From: Piedraia hortae CBS 480.64
Taxonomy: Eukaryota
Length of the DNA: 64,000 nucleotides
Reading direction: 5' to 3'
NCBI GenBank assembly: GCA_010093745.1
Contig: MU005993.1
Location: 62,001 to 126,000, forward strand
The position numbers were made by a program, and so were the translations under genes. Shown here in pieces: positions 56,850 to 64,000 of the stretch. The notes under the pieces were generated by a model that was not told where the DNA came from, searched no databases, and saw only the letters and a program-made list of their open reading frames with translations. Positions within the stretch are counted from its first letter, which is position 1, and every line of letters starts with the position of its first letter.

Positions 56850-59189
56850 CTAGTGATAACGAGACCATCTCCTCCAAGAGATGCTGCTGTTTCTCCGAGA
56901 GTTGTCGCTGCTCGTCCGTGCTGTTGGTTGGTCGACAGACGGGCGCCGATTTTGCCTTCGTTTTTCGTAGTCTTTCAGATATTTTGACCGAACGACGATT
57001 TTGATCTCTGGATCACAGTTCATAAACATATCGTACATATCAGGCCTTGGGGCTATACATGGACTGGCGATAATCAGGTCAAGGGCACTTTTCTGGTTCT
57101 CATCGCGGATGTTCAACAACCTTTTGCGGTGGTCGTTGTCTGGCAAGGAGTCAAGAATCACCTTTGCCCGTGCTGGCTCTCCATCGATCGCACAAAGGTG
57201 GAGCACTGTCTGTCCATCGTAATTCTGTGAGAATACCAGGTTCGATACCTTGAGCAGCCACTTTATCATCTCAGGATCCTTCGACTTCCTGACTGCCTTA
57301 TGCAGAAGAGACCATTTTTCATCGTTTTCCTGGGAGAGGTTTGCTCCTTTTCTGTGAAGCTATTTAGCGAGCTCCAATTTCCCGGCCTCAACAGCTTTGA
57401 ATATTGGCGTCTCGCGAAATTTGTCTTCGGCTTCCATGTTGGCAGAGTGTTTAATCAAGAGTCTTGCAATGCCAGAATTGCCTTTTCCTGCAGCGATATG
57501 GAGCGCTGTTAAGCCTTTGTCATCGCAGATATTGACGTTCACTCTGGGAGCATTTTTAAACAAGAGATCTATGATATCCTCTTCATTCCTCTCCACGGCG
57601 TGCATGAGCACGGTTCGCTTAGAGCTTCCTTCTTCACACAACATGTTAATGTCGACATCGTCCAAGCTACTCGGATCCTTGAATGGTTGTTTGTCACCAC
57701 GCTTAATGGCTTCTATCAGATCATTTGGTGGAGGCTTTAGGTCCTGTGCATTAAAATAATCAATGCTGAAGCCTTGGGTCAAACCAGTATCATTGCTTAG
57801 AGCATTGTTGGACAACATTGTAGTTGCGGTATCACCACTTGGAGTATGCTGTAACGAAGCCAATTTTCCAACCATATCTTCACGCATGTCGTGATAGACC
57901 TCATATTTCACGTCCATATTACCTGCTGTTGTGATATCCATCAGAAGCTGCAGACAATCAACACCCTCCTGACATGCGTCCTTCCCATACTCTTTATGGG
58001 CGGTTTGAGCGCAGTCCAATGCATTCTCGAGATCTTCGGCTCTCTGTGTAGGATTATCCTGGTACTTTTGGAAAAACAAAATCGCCAAGGTCAAATTGTG
58101 CGAGGGAGGCAATTTGGCCACGTCTGGCTTGTCACCAAACACGGAGATTGCTACGTCCGTTTTGCCTTGTTTTTGGAAAGCCCTGGCCAATTGGTTCACA
58201 AGATAATCGCGATCTGTGAAAGGCACGCAGTATCCTCGTTCTCTGTATTCAGAGTCACTAATAGCGTCTTGGAAGTTTATCGCGGCCTCGACAAAGTTCC
58301 CACCATTCATGTTTGACTCTCCCCTCTCAATGTGTCTCGGAATGAATGCGTTCAAACTTTTGAGTGACGCTGAAGGCTGTGAAAGCAGCACATTGGCGGG
58401 CTCACTCAAAGTGACAGCGTCAGAGGCAGTTTGTGACGTGCGTGCCAAAGGTTGAAGAGCTGCAGCAGAGGGAGATGGCGGCTGACACTTTCCGGGGCCG
58501 CTGTTATTGAGCCCCTCAGACTCCACAGCCCCATTAGCATTTGGGTAATTCCCAAACTCTTCGTCATCGGGCGGTTGTTCCACGACGTCTTGCTGACGAG
58601 CACCATTTGACAGATTGTGCTTCAAGCCTTGGACCAATCTGTTGATGTTTTGCACCTCCGTGTTCAGCTTCGTGAGAGATTGTTCGATTTTAGTATTGGT
58701 GTGGAGCATCTTGGACGTGAGGGCAGCGTTGAGATACTGGGATAAAAGACCAGTTTCTGCCAGTAGCTCATCTCGGTGCTTGAGCAGTTCACTGTCCTTG
58801 AAAACAATCTTAAGGCGCTGATCAAGTGTAATATTCTGTTGGGATTTCGACTTGAACAGGAGCTGGTCAATGCGTGTATAAAAAGACAAAGCCTTTTCAA
58901 TACTCGCGGCTAATCCGGCTAAGAGCGCTTTATCGATATCAGAGTCCGTGAGTTCAGTTTCGAGAACTGCTCGGACTCTCGCCAGTACTATATTGATCGA
59001 AAAAGCTAGATTGCGGAGGTCTTTAGCATGGCGCTCGGCATTCTTGATTTGCTTCACAGTGCTGCAGAGCTTAGATGCGCCCTCTATTGTGACATGTACC
59101 GTACTCAACGCCCCAGAAACAATTCCAAATGTCTCCGCTATATACTTGGCATGTCTCGAATTCGTTATGAACCGGTCGAGGTTCCTCAC
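56850..59189 (-). pseudogene. Ankyrin-repeat protein with NLR-type N-terminal helical domain (SesA/HeLo-like) and TPR-like middle; one in-frame TAG
   Basis: ORFs 57360-59189 and 56850-57269 share a frame and are separated only by TAG at 57362-57360 (ELAK*LHRKGAN). Ankyrin motifs TVLMHAV, TALHIAA, TPIFKAV and TVLHLCA; N-terminus (I)AETFGIVSGALST. Confidence 0.75.
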
Positions 59190-59372
59190 GCATTAAGACG
59201 ACTGCATTCAGCCTTATCATCAGTACCCCGCCCTGCTGTGCCACATGGACAAGTCACCATGCGTTTACCGCTCGGGTAATGACAGTCAACTGATTATTAA
59301 ATAAGGGGCTGGGGCCTTATCTTTAGCTGGACCAGGAACACACTCTTTCCTCCCAGTATCATTGCGGAAGAG

Positions 59373-61538
59373 ATGGTCACCACTTCATACTCCATGGCCG
59401 ATCACCCAGCTGAACTTGAGGATTTTAGCAACCGCCATCGATTAGACGACGACTATCTCATAAGTCTCATCGATAATCCATTCCGGCGCATGACAGTGCG
59501 AGAAATAGAGAATGAAGCAAGCGAATTAACTGACAATCACCAACTAACCCCTCAAAAAGAGCTCTTTATCAAGGTCAGTTGGCAGCATGATTATGCGTAA
59601 GCATTAACTAAGCTTATGACACAGGCTGGATTATACCTGAAGGCGCCGTCAAATGCTAGGTCTACACCGACTTGGCTTGATATTTCAGCCTTTTCTAAAG
59701 ACGAGATCGCCGCGTTGCGGCGCGATGGGATAGGAGGATTCTGGAAGCAGTCCAAGCTGCTCAAAGTACCCATCTTCGTCTTATGTGTCGGAGCAACTGT
59801 CCAAGGATGGACCCAGGTAGGTATCAACGGCGCAAACACAGCGTGGTGAGTCGACAGCGTGTGATAAGGTAAACAATAATAACGCTGTTAGGCCCATCGA
59901 TCTCAATGTCCCGAACAACCAATGGATCATTGGCCTTGTCAATGCCATTCCGTATTTATCGGCCAGTTTGGTTGGCTGTTGGCTTTCAGATCCGCTTAAC
60001 GAATACTTCCTGGGGCGCCGCGCCGCCATCTTCACCTCTGGACTTGTTATACTAGCTTCCACCATTGGTGGTGCGTTCTCGAATACATGGAAACAATTGC
60101 TCGCCACACGACTACTCCTGGGTATTGGAATGGGATGCAAAGCCACTGTTATTCCCGTTATGGCAGCGGAGATTTCGCCCGCTCATCTCAGAGGCGCACT
60201 GGTGATGAATTGGCAGTTCTTTGATGCACTTGGCATCTTTCTTGGTTTCACAGCCAATCTTGCCGTCCATGACCTTGGTAACTCCTCGTGGCGCTGGCAG
60301 ATTGCGTCGGCCGTGTTTCCCACGCTTATTCTCATCTCTCTGGTTTATGTTTGCCCAGAATCACCACGGTTCTTGATGCAGCAAGGAAGATATAAAGAAG
60401 CGTATGAAAGTCTCATGTTGCTCCGGAATCACCCCATCCTTGCAGCTAAGGAGCTGTTTTACACCTACGAGCAGATGTTGATTGGGGAAGAGATAACAGT
60501 TGTAAAGCCGCAATCCTCGCGCGAAAGCAACGGGACCAATAGAAAGTCTCCCAAGGTCAAGAAACCATCGACCACTTACTGGATGAAGATGTGGCAGCTG
60601 TTTACCATTCCTCGCAACCGTCGAGCGCTAGCAGCCGCAGTCGTCTGTATGATCAGTCAGCAGCTTTGTGGTGTCAATGCCCTGATCTTCTACTCGACAA
60701 CCCTTTTCAATGAAAACAGCAATCATGGAGATAGTCGCCAAGATATCAAACCCTTGTTTCTATCTTGGGGACTCGGGCTGACCAATTTTGTTTTTGCTCT
60801 TCCGGCCTACCGACTGATCGATAGCAAAGGTCGGCGTTGGCTGTTGCTGGCAACGATACCATTCATGGCCATCAGTCAATTGGCGTGCTGCCTCAGCTAT
60901 CTCATACCCAAGCACAGCTCTGCTTATATCCCCGTCATCACTTTCTGGATTTTTTGTGTTTTTCGTTTTCTATTCGCCAGGAATGGGACCAGTCCCGTTC
61001 ACTCTTTCAGCTGAAGTTTTTCCACTAAAATGCCGCCTTGTAAGTTTCGCTTTCTGCTTCCATCATGCATCTAATGACCTTTCAGGTCGGTATGTCTTTC
61101 TCGGTCTTCTGCAACTTGTTGGGGGCAGGTCTATTGGCCCTCTTTGTCCCGATAATCAATGACTCAATCCACCCGACTGGACTTCTAGGACTCTTCGCCG
61201 TCCTGAATGTTGTTGCGTTTGTTCTGGTGTTCTTCTATGTTCGGGAAACTGCCGGCGACATTTTCGTTGATGAGACCTCCCAAGACATGGCTAGCACAGC
61301 AAACATGATTGGTGGAGAAGACGAAATTGCTCCTCACTCAGGCGCAACCCCGCAGACCGGAATCAGCCTTGAAGAGCTGCATTATGTCTTTGACCTACCC
61401 CACGCTGCACACACCAAGTATCAGATTGAAGAAGTTCTTCCATTCAGTTGGAAACACTACGTTAAGCGTGAGAAGGATGTTCAGAGTCCGCAAAAGTTCT
61501 ACGCTTGGGGGGATACACGATACAGGTCTACAGATTGA
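59373..61538 (+). CDS. MFS sugar porter (myo-inositol/polyol-type); apparent +1 frameshift at ~60950-55
   Basis: Introns 59574-59624, 59846-59891 and 61040-61085; [49 protein letters not shown] and SLEEL. A T6 run shifts the frame. Confidence 0.85.
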
Positions 61539-62616
61539 ACCCTATCAGAGGCGATAGGGCATAGCATGTGGGCTGTGAAATTATGATTTATGAGTTAATG
61601 ATAGCTTCAGAATTGGAAATAATGTGGGCTCGTATCGGGACCGTGATTGCATTTTCAAAGGAGTTTTTTAATCCAGTTCAGCCAGTGCATATTCAACTTC
61701 CAAGGCCCCTGTTGAGCAGGTTGGGCATCACAAATCCACAGGCAGAATAAAAACTGGGTCATCGAAATAAGTAGAGTAAGATGTGCAAGTTCATGCTGAC
61801 CCATCTTGAGAATCGCCCATGAAACGCATGCGGCTTTGAAGTTCCAATCGCTCAACAGCTCTCGTGCGTGTTGGTGACAAACTCTGGCTTATGATGCCCC
61901 AAATGACCATCTATCCAGACTGGCCCTCTTTCGTTTCTTTTGTGTACCTCTGAGGTCGGACCTACCCTGCCAAGATTGCACTTTCATAAGTTCTCCACTT
62001 TCCCCGTTTCTCATGACGACATACTGATGAGATCGTGCTTCCTTTATCCTGACAAATTCACCAAGCATCCTACTGATCTTTGAAAATACAAATGTAATCT
62101 GAGGTGTGAAGCTGTTCAGGAATAGATCACTTGACATAACCAGATGCCACTTCCATCCAAAAAGTCCCCACTACCTGTACCCATCCCCATCGACCTCTGT
62201 TTCTCATTCTAACATCGTAAACCTTCCAACCCCCGAATTGCCATGCCTGAACGGAAGTTTAGTCCTAGCTGTTACGTAAGCAATAGAAGTCTCGCTAGTA
62301 CCACTCACCACCCCTTTAAAGTCTAAGCCGGGGGGTGGGGAGATCGGACTCTCCGCCAGATCGAACAACCAGAACACAGAGCATAAGCTTTTGTCGCGGC
62401 GACGATGACTGAGTATATGACTCCCGCTAAGCAGGTCTAGATCATGCCATGTATTTCATTCTGTTTTGAACGCAAATAGTATTTTTTGAAAAGTGTCCGA
62501 CTTCAGGGGCTTTCCGACTTCCCTGTACCCCGACTTATCTGAGTTGTCGCTTCATCCAGCGCGTCAGCCTGTCTTTCAAAATCATTTTCATCTCAACACG
62601 AAAACATGCTCCAACT

Positions 62617-62960
62617 CTGATTGGCTGATCCCAACGGCCGCTAAGGGACGTCTAAAAACTGTGCAGGAAGTTCACTTCAAAATTCAGCCAATCAGCGTTT
62701 GGTATTTCCTCCATAGCGTTTGATTGGTCGACTCTTTGCGGGCATCAATGGACGTGCGAAAGTGCTAAGAGCCAGCTATGCGGGCGCTGGCCAATCAGCG
62801 CTCGCGGTTGTTCGTACCGCGTTTCTGATTGGCTCGTTTCTTGAACACGCTAAGAGACGTCAAATTTGTAAGGAGTCAGCATTGCAAACTATGCGCGCAT
62901 CAGCCAATCAGCGCTCGTTATTGCTAATATAGCACTTCTAATTGGCCGGCTCCCTAAGAA
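62617..62960. repeat. Degenerate ~105-110 bp tandem array carrying alternating inverted CCAATCAG boxes
   Basis: TGATTGG/TAATTGG at ~62617, 62720, 62825 and 62938; GCCAATCAG at ~62687, 62790 and 62903; a CTAAG motif in each unit. Confidence 0.75.
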
Positions 62961-63114
62961 CACTACGAATGCGCAAATTTCTGTTACACAATTGGGAGAA
63001 AGTTTGGGCTACGGTTTTCGAGCAGCTATCCACTATAGCAGGTAGATGTGGTTTAGCAGCAATGGAGTAGAAAGACATTGGCTAGAGGAGTTTTATCGAT
63101 TAAATTCTGACTTA

Positions 63115-63262
63115 GCGGCAAGTGGCTAAGTACCGCTAAGTGGCTAGGTACGGCTAACTGAGAGATAGCGGCTAAACTTGGACTTGACGTCTGAACTTCG
63201 GCTAAATGGGAGAATAGAGGCTAAAACTAGACTTAACTGCTAAATTTCAGCTGAGTGGAGGA
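63115..63262 (+). repeat. GGCTAA-rich degenerate direct repeats (~48-bp unit)
   Basis: CGGCTAACTGAGAGATAGCGGCTAAACTTGGACTTGAC (~63151) versus CGGCTAAATGGGAGAATAGAGGCTAAAACTAGACTTAAC (~63199), preceded by GCTAAG copies. Confidence 0.6.
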
Positions 63263-64000
63263 CAGTGCTTGAATGTTGACTATTCTAAGGTGAATCGTTG
63301 CACAAGATTCAACGAGATGCTCTGCCATGCACACTACCTAAAAGGACGCGTGGAGATGACAAAGGCCACAGAGAGCACAGGTGCCAGGCTGAGAAGGCAG
63401 ATCTTGATCAGTTAACCGTCTGGAGCCTATCATTCCTACGGTAGTTAGTCGAGGCCACAACATTGTAGAGCATTGATCGTTTTTCACAAGGTTACATACT
63501 TGATTTGCATCCACGCTCCTGTCTTTAAGTCTTTCTATTCAGCTTCGGAATGTAGTGCTCAATCTAAAATTTGGCTGTACATGGCTTAACATTCTTGCTT
63601 CCAAACAGCACGAACACAAACACCAAACACCAAACACAGAAATAATCCAGCCATATTGGTATGGCCCTGGATTATCTTGACAGCGACAAGCTGCCAAATT
63701 CATTGTGCGAACTGTATTGTCTTGGCTCAACCATAATTCTACCTTTATCGGAATTTTATTAGCCATAACTTATGAGACTCACGAAGGCAAAGGCTTTTGA
63801 GAATCAAAATTTCTATTGTTGTCTCCCGATAGTCAGGTGGCGCACCTACCACCACGTTTCCTTCGGCAATCACAAAGTTACAGCCCGTCACTGTGCGCAC
63901 GATGCATTGGAAAGAGATCTTCTAGAACATCATGCAGATTGAGCAAACTGCAGAGATCAGCGAACCCCGTAGGCCTGCATGCAGTCATGATGCTTTGCTT

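Noticed and set aside
1..64000. CRISPR arrays, rRNA/tRNA genes, secondary-metabolite cluster
   Set aside because: No repeat-spacer array, recognisable structural RNA or PKS/NRPS/DUF3328 backbone gene was seen by eye; tRNAscan and Infernal were not run.

Overview
Eukaryotic (fungal) genomic DNA from a filamentous ascomycete (Pezizomycotina). The genome is compact, and all introns I could place are very short (about 42-51 nt). Most of the window is conserved housekeeping genes: tricalbin, SPA2, a GIG1/DUF3605-like gene, MFS transporters, YNG2, HOS2, importin-11/KAP120, FRS2, RFC5, a siderophore transporter with a clustered SreA-type GATA promoter, a RasGEF, a Nudix hydrolase, SDE2, an amino-acid permease, BET4, an Ama1/Cdc20-family APC/C activator, GH15, cytochrome c and an Stc1-domain gene. 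The most notable feature is not visible in the ORF track. At 6.2-8.65 kb there is a tandem array of four two-exon genes for small secreted 6-Cys peptides with beta-defensin-like spacing (C-x8/9-C-x5-C-x7/9-C-x6/7-CC, with GxC at Cys2). One copy looks intact, three carry different inactivating lesions, three share a promoter block, and a possible fifth relic lies at about 15.85 kb. Other accessory features: nested DNA-transposon relics at 36-38.7 kb, an ankyrin gene with an NLR-type N-terminus broken by G>A-type lesions, a sugar transporter with a homopolymer frameshift, and a periodic array of inverted CCAAT boxes at 62.6-62.95 kb. All calls come from manual translation and motif recognition; no database searches were run.
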